A stretch of DNA of 63,696 bases, filler included. It is 14 parts of 14 records of this genome, joined end to end, with 100 filler letters (N's around TTAATTAATTAA, not from the genome) between each part and the next. Parts side by side here need not be neighbours in the genome. Positions count along the whole stretch, not along the records: positions 8,070 to 12,824 come from SRR15195285_5658; positions 12,925 to 17,401 come from SRR15195285_5659; positions 17,502 to 20,604 come from SRR15195285_5661; positions 20,705 to 27,883 come from SRR15195285_5663; 10 more parts are not named here. One strand, written 5' to 3'. Under the pieces are notes generated by a model. That model worked only from the letters and a program-made list of their open reading frames with translations. It was not told the origin of the DNA and did no database searches. A program made the position numbers and the translations under genes. How positions within the stretch are numbered: the stretch's first letter is position 1; each line of letters starts with the position of its first letter. Positions 10,624-21,233 of the stretch are shown piece after piece.

Positions 10624-12533
10624 CTACAGCTTAGGTACATTGAGAAAGCTCTGCGCCCAAGCAGCTGCTAGTGGCTTGGTATGCAGAACGTGAGCGTACT
10701 CCATCAGCATGTTTGTCTCCTCCGACAGCCGTGAGGCAACCTCCGCAGGTAGCTCAGCAGGCACCGTGCCAGCGTACTGGTACGAATAGTTGAAACCGAT
10801 TCGCATCGTACCGTACCCTAGTGGCTCGACTCGGAGCAGCGCGTCTGGTATGAGCAGAACGTCCCCCGCAAGCACAGACGCAACGCTGGTGCACGTGTCA
10901 GGAACGAAATCTGCCATGCATTTGGGAAACATTGGTCAGGGATGAAATTACTCAGTCAGGTACACTCATGATTGGCACCAGGAATGGTGCTAAGGTGGCT
11001 CTCACCTTCTGGTCGATCGAAGTCGCTGCGATGACTCGCTGGTACCAAGTGGACGCTCTGTTCGTCTCTTACATCTTCGAGGAAAACCCAGATCGAGAAC
11101 TGACCGCAATGCAGGCGTCCGTAATGACTGTCCATAGGCATAACGCTCTCCCAGCCATGCATCTCGCGCGAGCTAAAAAGACTGTTGAGTTGACATTCCC
11201 CACGCTCGCAGTAGATGGTGCCAGAACCATCACACAGTTTTGGTTTGCCGTCCGTGAGCTCCAGTACTATCGGCAGTAGGTGTGGATGCGCCGCAAGGTG
11301 CTCCAAGCATGGTGACCAGGCATGAGCATTCGGCCAGCAGCCGCCACTTGCCTGCCCAAAACCGGGTGGGAGCTGGGACTGTGGAGCTGCGAGGTACTGA
11401 TGCGCTGCGGCCTGGCACTTGCCTAGTTCATCTCCACTGACGACCGCCTTCAAATGCAGGAAGCCGTGGATGTCTAGCAGGTATCTTTGCTCTGCGCTGA
11501 GGCCCGCGTCAACATCTGGTAGCAAAGGTGGTGGAATACGTCTTATCATGGTCATGATCTGTTTGTCCAAGTCCCCATGGCCACTTTGCGATGGTTTGCC
11601 CATCGGCGGCGTTAGCTCAGCAGGGGACACTTGAGTTGACGGATCAGGTGGAGACAGCTTGATAGGTGGCCCCGCCTTGGTAGCTATTGACTTTGTAACA
11701 CCAGGCGCAGCGTATTTGCGCAGCTCGCGTATCTCTGGAGGGAGCTGGAGGATCTGCTCTTCTGTTAGGCCGTCCTCGGGTTGGTGAGCGTGCTGTGGCT
11801 TGAAGCGAAGACCAAGTACGCGGCGCGGGCCCTCCATGCAAAGCCACGGCAACGTAGCATGGGAGGTACACTCGCTCATCACAATAATATCGCCCGCCTC
11901 GACGCATGGGTTGACTGTATGAGCTGGTCCACGATTGTGCCCACTGGTAGGGTGTGGAGCTGACACGAATCCTTCACGCTGCACCCCAGTTCCGGCAATT
12001 GTAAAGTTGTTGGAGCCGAAAGTACCGAAGCTGCCTGGCGGCCGCTCGAATCGGCTTTTGTGACTTCCATGCACAAGACACAGGCCACCGTCTCCCGGGC
12101 GCACAGAATCCAAATAGATGAAGAGGAGAAAGTCTGTGCAAAAGATCGTACGTTTGCGTGTCACGCAGTACTGCGCCATCGACGGACTGCCCGACATCGA
12201 TGTTCTCTGGTGCTCGCGGTTGCAGTGCAGCGGTCCCCCACCACCACGACCGCTGCCATCGTAAGCTGGATTATGGATCCCACTGCCAATACGGATCATC
12301 GGTCCACCACCTGACAGCTCCATCACCACCGGCCACGCTACACGGTTGAACGCGAGGATCCCCAGGCGAGGATCCGCAGTGTACACGAACGGCACACCCT
12401 CGTCCAGCGCTGCTCTCGCCTCGAGTACTTGCTCTCTGGGGACGGCATTACGGATGACAAAGTAGCCGTTGAGATCGAACTCATAGCGCTGCTGCGCCGT
12501 CATCCCTCCAGGAAACAACGAGCTGACGCTCAT
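10624..12533 (-). CDS. Tandem-domain phytanoyl-CoA dioxygenase (PhyH)-like Fe/2OG oxygenase, 2 exons
   Basis: Two units start MTAQQRYEFDLNGYFVIRNAV and LSAEQRYLLDIHGFLHLKAVV. Also GGLCLVHGSHK and AGDIIVMSECTSHATLPW. Intron 10911-11005 joins the 10624-10910 exon in frame. Confidence 0.82.
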
Positions 12534-12924
12534 CGTGCCGCGGTCCACTCCGTCGCGGACCGACGCGCCGGCGGCGGCGGCCGCGCACGCACGCGCGAAC
12601 CGCACGCGCACGCACGTCCGTCCGCGCGTCACTGCGTAATTTCAAAAAAAAACGACCCGATGACTGAGCGCCGACCCAGACACAGTGCCCAGATTAAAAT
12701 CGACTAATCGCCACAATCAGTGGTTTTGATTCCCGATGGGAACACGCGTTTTCCCATTTGGGAACAGGCATCGGTTGGATTCTGTTTGTTTCTCCGAAAC
12801 AGGGGTGATTGGCGCAGTTTGGATNNNNNNNNNNNNNNNNNNNNNNNNNNNNNNNNNNNNNNNNNNNNTTAATTAATTAANNNNNNNNNNNNNNNNNNNN
12901 NNNNNNNNNNNNNNNNNNNNNNNN

Positions 12925-14807
12925 GCCAGCGCACAGATGCGCAGGTGGCAGTGCTGCTCGATTGGGCAGCAGATATTGCGTTTTTCCAAGACAATGTACA
13001 CAACCACCATCTGCTGAAAGAGTGCTGCATCCAGCTTGGCTGTGTGTCGCTGTCAGCGGGACAAACTTTGTTTAACCAGGGCGACCAGGGCGACTCTTTC
13101 TACGCGATGATCACAGGGAGCGTATCGATCTTAGAGGGCCCTGTAGAAGTAGTTCGACTTCATCCACCTGCCACGCTGGGAGAGCGTGCACTAGAAGAGG
13201 AAACCGGAGAGCGTACGGCTACTGTGACTTCTGTCAATGGTGGCATACTGGCACGATTGGACGCGGAAACATACCACCGCGCTGTCATATCAGAGAAGGC
13301 GAAGCGAATGCAGCACATGGAGGAGATGGAGAAGGAGCAGGCAGCCATGCAGCTGCAGGCAAGGCAACGTGGGCGCGCTCAGCGGAGGAAGCTAGAAGAG
13401 CGCCTGCAGGCCAAGAAGGAAGGACGAGCATGGAAAGGGAAGGAGACGGCGTTGCAACAGAACGGGCTTGACGAAGCAGTCATAGCGAGCGGTGCTGTGA
13501 AGTTGCAGAGCACAAGGAAACAGATGACAGCGGAGGAGGCGGCGATAAAGATCCAGGCGCATATCCGTGGACGACAGCATCGGCGACAGGTGAAGGCCAT
13601 GCAAGACGCTCATGAGGCAGAGGAGTTCGAAGCCAAGGTGAAACACGAGCAAAACACGAAGCGTGAGAAATCGAAGCTTCAAGAGCGTCTGGCAAAGAAG
13701 AAAAGTCAACAGCTCTCGCCCGATCCGGAGACACCGACAGGAAAAGCCATCATACTGGAGCTGCTCGGGGGCAACGACAAGCAGAAAAAGGGCCCAGCGC
13801 AGGGGCACCGGCGAGACACTTTACCACTGTGTAATGCGCTGATTGAGAAGAACTGGAGCTGCAAGCCGGTGCTGTACTCAGATGAAGAGCGTGACATGGT
13901 TGCCTCCGCGTGTGCCGACGTGGACGCAGTGATCATACGTGCATCGGGAGGCGTGCACGAGGGTGTCACCGCCTCTAAACTGGACAATCTTCTCCAAGAG
14001 CTCACGGCGAGTGGCAAGACTACAGTACTGCCACACCCTGCTACGATGACCAGGCTCGGGGCGAAGGATTGCGTGTCCAAACTCGACAACCTTCCTTGCG
14101 GTTTGTCAGGGACGCGCGTGTATCGAGACGTGACATCGATGCGTGCACAGCTGCCAGCGTCGTTGGCAGGTGGTGCACGTGTGCTTAAGGCCAACCGTGG
14201 CAAGCAGGGGTCAGCTGTCTGGTTGTGCACTATTGCAGCAGAGGAGGGCGAACAACATGTTACCGTACAACATGGTCTGGACAACTCCGTTGAGACAATG
14301 ACGATGGAAGCTTTGCTCATGAAGCTCGAGCAGGACGGCTTCAACGCAGAAGTTTCAGAGGCAGAGCAAGGCTACGGTCTCGAGGCAGGTCGTTGCATTG
14401 TGGATCAGATGTTCTTTCCAGAGATTTCTGCGGTTGGAGAGCTCCGTGTGACAATGGTTGGTGACACTGTCTGTGAAGTTCAGAAGCGCATGCCACAACA
14501 GGGAGCTTTCTCTGCCACCTTCAAGTCTGGAGCGAAGCTCGAGAAGTGCTCCTCGACGGACGATGACCCTGATTGGGCACGTGCCCGGGCAGCGCTGTCC
14601 CCCGATGTGGTGGCTGGCTTCACGGAAGCGGTGGGCTGCCCAGCAGGCGCGGGACTCCCGCTGATATGGGCGGTTGAACTACTACCGTTCGGAAGCGGCT
14701 GCGTAGTAGGTGAGATCGACTGTGGGTGCATTGGTGTGGCAACCAGCGCGCATCTGCTGCCAATCATTGCGGAGACTGCGATGGCGATGGCTAGTGTTTC
14801 AAGATAG
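12925..14807 (+). CDS. cNMP-binding domain + 2 IQ motifs + Cj0069-family ATP-grasp-like domain; 5'-partial
   Basis: cNMP domain: LFNQGDQGDSFYAMITGSV..LGERAL..RTATV. IQ motifs: LQARQRGRAQRR and IQAHIRGRQHRR. Cj0069-like: GGNDK..GHRRDTLPLCNAL, PHPATMTRLGAKD, RVLKANRG, GELRV, AFSATFKSGAK, LPLIW, GEIDCGCIG. Confidence 0.82.
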
Positions 14808-14855
14808 ATCAGTCTCTTCAGTAAACAAAGTTGACATGTTTTGAACAAACGGACT

Positions 14856-17401
14856 TTACTGGTGCGCCTTCCCACGCCGTCTTCTAGCTCGGAATTGTGC
14901 AGCTACTGATGGACCTCCGCGAAGACCGAGGCTTAGTTCACGGTCAATCATTCCGCCCGCTTCAAGCTCCACGCCCTCCTTGTGCTGCTCGGTGTCTTCT
15001 TTGGCAGCCTTGGCTGTAGCAGCTACCGTTTTTATTGCTGCGGTTTTCGCTGCACTCTCCGATGTGCTGCGGCGTTCTCGCCTCCCTTTGCTCTCCGGGC
15101 GATGTTTCGAGATAGGCGAGACATCGAAGCCACCAGAAAGATCCATCGGCGCGGGGACCGGGACCGGCACAGGCGACGGGACCGGTGTGCCAGTTTCATC
15201 GATACGATCTGCCAATGTCGCTGCTGGAGATGGTGACAGACTATTCGAGCTAGTAGCGACGTGGTGCAGTTTGATGTGCGCCGCGTCGCTCCACTGATTG
15301 ATCGCACCGACCATCGCTGCTGCACCGCGGACGTGCGCACGCTGGACTTGGGGCGCGTTCGCAGGCTGCTGCTCACGCAAATGATCCTTCAGATGCTGCA
15401 GTTGCGCCTCCGTCGCCGCCAACTGCTGCCCAAGCCATTCACAAGCTGCGCCAGCATCGGCTGCGGCAGCCTTAGCCTGCTCGGCCTCTGCCGTCTGTCG
15501 CCGAAGCTCTGAAAATGCAGCCTTGAGGTCGTCCATTGCAGCGGGAGTATGTCCACCCGCTGGTGAATGGCCGCTAGGAACGCCGGAGCTTCCGCCACTT
15601 ACCAACGCAGGAGAAGCCACGCTAATACTTGGGGATGATTTCGCCGGCGTGCTGAGCGTCACAGCTTCCGTCGCCATCTGACGAGACCGCGCTGCCGCTG
15701 TTGACAACGCTTGCCCCGCCTACAAACAGCCACCGATGAAAATAGTCTAGACTGAGGCAGAGCTATGTTGCTAGTTGGAGGGGCGCAGTGCAACGATTTG
15801 AGACACTCGTAGTGATCTTTGCGCAAAAAGTGGGGTCAAGCGACAGATAAACTCACTGTCTGCCGCCTCTCGCGCTCGTCCTCCAGTTCACGGCTCAGAC
15901 GCTGGATCTCAGCTGTCTGCACTTCCGCTTCGCGATCCATCTTTTGGACTGCCGCTGCATTTGCCTCCAGTAGCGCTCGCCGCTTTCGCTCCGCTTGGAT
16001 ATCTTTGACCTGCATTTCGTGCCTCATGCCCTCGAGCTGCTCCTGTTGCGCGTTGATCTTCTCGTGCAGCGCGCTGACTTGGTCTCGCAATATGGCCTCC
16101 TCACCCATTGCACGCTCCGCCTCAGCTTGCGCTCGCTGTCGTGCTGAGGTCTCGGTCGCCAACTCCGTTTTGGCCGCGCTTTTCTGGGTCTGTGCATCTG
16201 CCACGCAAGATCCCACCCGAGCAACCTCTTCTGTAAGCTGAGCGACTGTACCGTCGGCAACGCTCTGCGCTCGTTGCTTCTCTATCAGCTCTTGTCTCGC
16301 TTCCTGCAGAGAAGCCTCCAGCTGACGCCGCTCCTGCTCCCAGCTCTCACGTGCCTTGAGCATTACGGACCTTGTTGCCAGCTCCGTTTCATGGTGCATT
16401 TCCGACCGCTCAGTCACTGCCATCTGGCGCTCGCGCATCAGGGTATCCTCCATTTCAGCCACCTTACTTTGGGCAAGCTGCAGCTGTTCCAGTGCACCAG
16501 CAGAGCGAGCCTTTTCAGCTGCAGCAGAAGCTTTCAAGTGTGTCAGCTCCTGCGACAACAGGCTTTGGGCATGCTGAGCATCAGCAGCCAACATCGCTTT
16601 CAACTCATCGTGCTGCTCCACCATGGACGCACTCCGAGCTTTCGCAGTCTGACACTCTTCGCGTGCCCGTGCAGTCTCGTCGCCCATTACTCTCGCCTTC
16701 TCCTCCGCAGCCGCGACAGCTTCCATCAGCTTTTTCATGCGTGACACAGGAGTGAGCTCATCCAAATACTCGTTGCCTACTGTCTGTGTGCCCTGCTGCT
16801 TCGTCTGCACAGGGACATCTACAATCCACGACTGAAGGTCTGCCACTCGCTGGTGCCGCGGCACACGGCGACCGATCGCAGCAGCTTCGGGGCCGCCACG
16901 TGGCCGCTCCGTGTCCGCCACCTGGGCGTGTTCCCCCTGTTGTGCGCGCGTCTGCTTGGACGCTGCACTTAGCCTGAGACTGCGCTCCGGCATTCGTTGT
17001 TCAGGGGTAGTATCTGGCGACTGAAGCCGACGGGTGCGTCTTGGTGTACCATCGTGCTGCGGCCGTCCGTCGGTCCACTCCGCGGAAGTGGCTTCACAGC
17101 GCTGAGGTCCCTCGTCTCGCTGCGGAGGGGTGAGGCGGCGAGGCTCCGGCTGTACCGCCTCGGCAGACGGCGCTGAGCTCCGCAGCTGCTGCTCCAAGCG
17201 GTGCTGTACGTCTTCTGCCATCGCTTCTGCCCGTGCCGCGCGCCGCTCGGCTGCCTGTCGGTTGCGCTCAGCCTCCTCGAGCACGTCGCTCACGCTGTCG
17301 ACGATCGATGAGGCGAGCGACCGCACCGAGTCCGGAGATGCGTCCACTGTGCGCGAGCTGAGCGCAGCAGACTTGGCTTTCAGCTCGACGACGTCACCGC
17401 C
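14856..17401 (-). CDS. Coiled-coil protein of unknown function, 2 exons; 5'-partial
   Basis: Heptad-rich ORFs joined in frame by GTGAGT..TAG intron 15720-15856. Confidence 0.72.
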
Positions 17402-17746
17402 NNNNNNNNNNNNNNNNNNNNNNNNNNNNNNNNNNNNNNNNNNNNTTAATTAATTAANNNNNNNNNNNNNNNNNNNNNNNNNNNNNNNNNNNNNNNNNNN
17501 NTCGAGCCAATATCCAGTGAACTTCGAGATTGTAAATAATCTCAGATTGGGTCCCCCAGATCGGGGACCCAGATCGATGACGGAAGCAACCGCTAGCGGC
17601 GGCGGCGCCGCGGGTGGCGGGTGCGGCGTGCGGCCGCATGCGCAGGGCGGCGCGCGCGGCGTCGGGTGCCGCCGGACGGACCGGGCGCTCGCTGGCGACT
17701 CGTGCATTCGCACGCCCCGTGGTGCAGCTGTCGGCGTGCGTGCTGC

Positions 17747-19645
17747 ATGCGAACGACCGTGCTGATCGGATTAATCGCTGCCAGCGGTGCTCAGATTGCA
17801 GTCACCACGAGTGGTTCCGTCGCAGGCACGTGCAGCAGCGAGCTGGACTGCGCGCTGAACGGCGCGTGCGAGCATGGGCGCTGTCGCTGTGAGCCGGCGT
17901 GGAGCGGTGCACCAGACTGCAGGTGGGCTCTCTTCACATCTGATTTGCTACAACCCAAACACTGAACTTATGGCGGACTTCTGACCCGCTGCAGCGCGAT
18001 GAGATTCGTCGCCGGGCGCCGCGCCTCTGGTTACCGCCACCACGAGCCGTATCTCTCTCCAAACTCTACATCGTGGGGAGGTGGCGGCTGGTATGATAAC
18101 ACCTCGGGACTTTATCTCATGTGGGTGTCGGAGATGGTGAATAATTGCGGGATGGCAACCTGGACCAGTAACAGTCACACGTGCGGATGCAGTCAATAGC
18201 ACTCAGCTTACAGTACAGATTGGATGACTCGGCGGTTGTTTGGGTTGTTGTTGCGGGCGACGCACCAGGATTCGCGCGTCATCTCGGGATCCGCTGGGTT
18301 TGTACGTGCGAGAGGCAGTGCAGTTTCCGGTCTGGACACACGAGTCGGTGGTGACCAGAGGTCCAGCTGGGGAGTGGGTTGCTTTTATGTGCGTAGCTTG
18401 TTGTCAGCTCGCCCTTTGCTATCTCTCACAGTCTCTCACTCTCTGTGATGTGCAATACATATACACTTTGTCGCAGGTCCTACAACGTTCCTCAGACACG
18501 ACCGATCTGCACAGGCTGCCGAGGGGGATTAACTAACAAAACCTGCAAAGAGCCCAAGCAACACAAATTGAAGGCAACACAGACGCCTCATACCAAAGCC
18601 ACTTTTCGTGGCCGTATGGGTACGCGATTGAGTGACTGGGATCCAACGTACATGTCATGGGCTCCGGCGAATGGTGCCCGCTCCTCCTCAGCGTGGTCTG
18701 AGCCAGTGCTAGTCGGGGCTCCTGTCCCGCAGATGGACACAAACTTCGCCGCAGTAATTGACGATGATGGTCGCCTCGTTGGAATGTGGCGGTGTGTTCC
18801 TACTGTGATCTCTTTCTTGGTTTGCATTATTCGAGTCGACTAGTGTTGACTCGACGAGCGGATTGGGTCTGTTTCATTTGGGGCAGAGATCATCACCGTG
18901 ACGGTGTTGACACTAAGGCCAAGTCAACTATACATCTTGTAACCGCCTCGAACTGGAGGGATAACAGCACATATGTGTTTGATGACCGTGACCTGCTCTT
19001 CAGTGGGACAACCTACCCTGGCGGTGTGGAAGACCCAGTGCGTCTTTGTCTCCCTCCCTGTCTGCCTCTCTGTGCTTCTTTGCTATTGCCCAAAGATCCC
19101 GAGTCTCACCGATCTATGTGTTGTGATGTCGCCTCTGAAAGTTTGTATACAAAGACAAGCGAGGCAACTACCACGCCATCTTCCATCTGCTCTACAACAC
19201 TCGGCCCGCCGACAACCTTTGCGCGAACGAGAAGTTCCTTGGCGGTCACGCTTTTTCTCCAAAAGGGGATGGAGTTCACTGGACGTTCACGGGTGTTGCA
19301 TACGATGGAAATGTCTCGTAGGTCGTAGCCATTGCCATCTATCGAATAGTTGGCAACTACCACTAGTATTCCGTGTTCTAGTGTGGTGCCAGTGCACACC
19401 ACGGCAGCGCCACCAGCATAAGTACAATGCATTGTGGTGAACGGTGTAGGTACACGGATGGAAGCACCGACAAGGTATGCAATGGAGACCGCCCGAAGCT
19501 ATTGTTTGACACGGATTTTGTGACACCAGTGGCCTTGACTTCTGCGGCGGGCGAGCATCCTTGGAATAGTCCTGCGGGGCTAGACAATGATGCTTCGTAC
19601 ACCCTGCTTCGTCCAGTTGCTCGTGCTAGCACTGTCGAACACTGA
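17747..19645 (+). CDS. Secreted EGF-like + five-bladed beta-propeller glycoside-hydrolase-like protein, 7 exons
   Basis: Signal peptide, then CALNGAC..CRCEPAWSG (EGF-like), SWGG, EDPFVYKDKRGNYHAIFH, GHAFS..DGVHW and DRPKL. Six GT-AG introns (17923-17994, 18181-18268, 18389-18476, 18792-18886, 19038-19141, 19318-19449) all preserve frame. Confidence 0.75.
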
Positions 19646-19878
19646 CCACTCGATTTCGCTCTGAACCTAAGAGAAGAGGCCTGTCGAATGGATCCATTAC
19701 TTGCTGCACCGTACGTGGATGCATACGACCAGGTACTCTCTACGCACCCATTCACATCGCCGTGGCCATTTGAAGCGACGGTAACGGAGTAGATTAGTGA
19801 GCTTCGCAGAAGCCCGCGCATCGAGACGGCGAGCAGCCCGCCGCCCGCAGCTCATGTTGATGCCGACCACAACACACT

Positions 19879-20604
19879 TCACAACTCCTCCCACCACCTC
19901 TTCCACCTTCGCCATCTCCCAGCCCATAAAGCTGCGTCAGAGCTGTGGAGCAGCCATCTACTGGCAGCAATGGCGCCAGCATCGTGAAATGCAATTTGCC
20001 ACTGTCGCATGAACCTGTCGTGCCGAGAAGTGAGAGTACGCGTTAAGCACGACACGGACCAAGCAGTTCCTGTGAGTTCCAGAGCAAAGACACAATCATG
20101 AGAGCTTGCTGCCGGCAGCGCACCGAGACCGAGAAGCAGCTCGTTGTTCTGCCCTAGATCCCCGGTCAAGCTCAATGGTGGGAGCACAACTGCACACTGT
20201 CCCTTGCAGTCCAACGAGTGGATCTGCCCCGTGGCATTGTTTAGCACCTGTTTCCACCGCACGTGCAGATCAGGATCGTGTGAGTATCAGTTCATGGCAC
20301 TTCATTGTAGTGCGACTATGAGTTTGGAGTGCGATTGGAGTGCAATTGGCACTCCAGACGCATAATGCGTCTACGGTCTGGTTCTTCTATTCAAATGTGG
20401 TAGTGCTGGACCTTAGTATCTACGAACACGTACGAAACCGCTGCCGTAGTGACTCGCACTGATTGGCTCGCCGCTTGCACAACCGCCGTGTGCCGCCAGT
20501 GGCTCCCCACCTAAAGGCACGCTAACGAGTTGACCAGAGGAACCTTGAAGAGCCCAAGCATTGGCTGGGTACATCGCGGCGTCGCAGTCGGACAGGGACA
20601 AAAT
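19879..20604 (-). CDS. 3' part of a spliced hypothetical protein; exon structure unresolved
   Basis: Coding-like fragments (AWALQGSSGQL; NNATGQIHSLDCKGQC, weakly ricin-B-like) separated by intron-like sequence. Confidence 0.3.
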
Positions 20605-21233
20605 NNNNNNNNNNNNNNNNNNNNNNNNNNNNNNNNNNNNNNNNNNNNTTAATTAATTAANNNNNNNNNNNNNNNNNNNNNNNNNNNNNNNNNNNNNNNN
20701 NNNNGCTCAGAAATCCACCAGTCAAAAAAAAAAGTTGCAAATTGTAAAAAAAGCATTGAAACATGTTTAATGTACCGGTACCTATTATACTAGGATCCTA
20801 GTATAGGTACATGTATTCGAGTGTCCGGCCGGTGGCTCGAGTGGCGGTGCGCGCGCGCGCGCGGCCGCGCGGCATACGACTACAGCTGCATGTACATGTA
20901 TTCGAGAATGTCGTCGAGCCGGCACCGCTCGCGCGCGATGGCGATGCGCCGACCAACCGCGCCTGACAGAGGACAGATAGCAGGGCCTCGAAAGTCGCTG
21001 GCAGCACTGGTGGATTGGGCTGCTGTCGATTGCTGGTCATGCAGTCGCTCGCGAGGAGCGCTGCCGGGTTCTAGCTAGGGGACGTTCGGTTCACCCCCGA
21101 TGGAATGATGACCGTTTTTTCCTGCCGCCGAGACTCAAGGATGTTCGGTAGTGAGGAGCCGAAGCTAAGGCAACTGCAGTGAAAGTCAGGCGGCGTGTTG
21201 CAGCAACGCGCGCGTGGGTGAGGGTGGGGGGCT

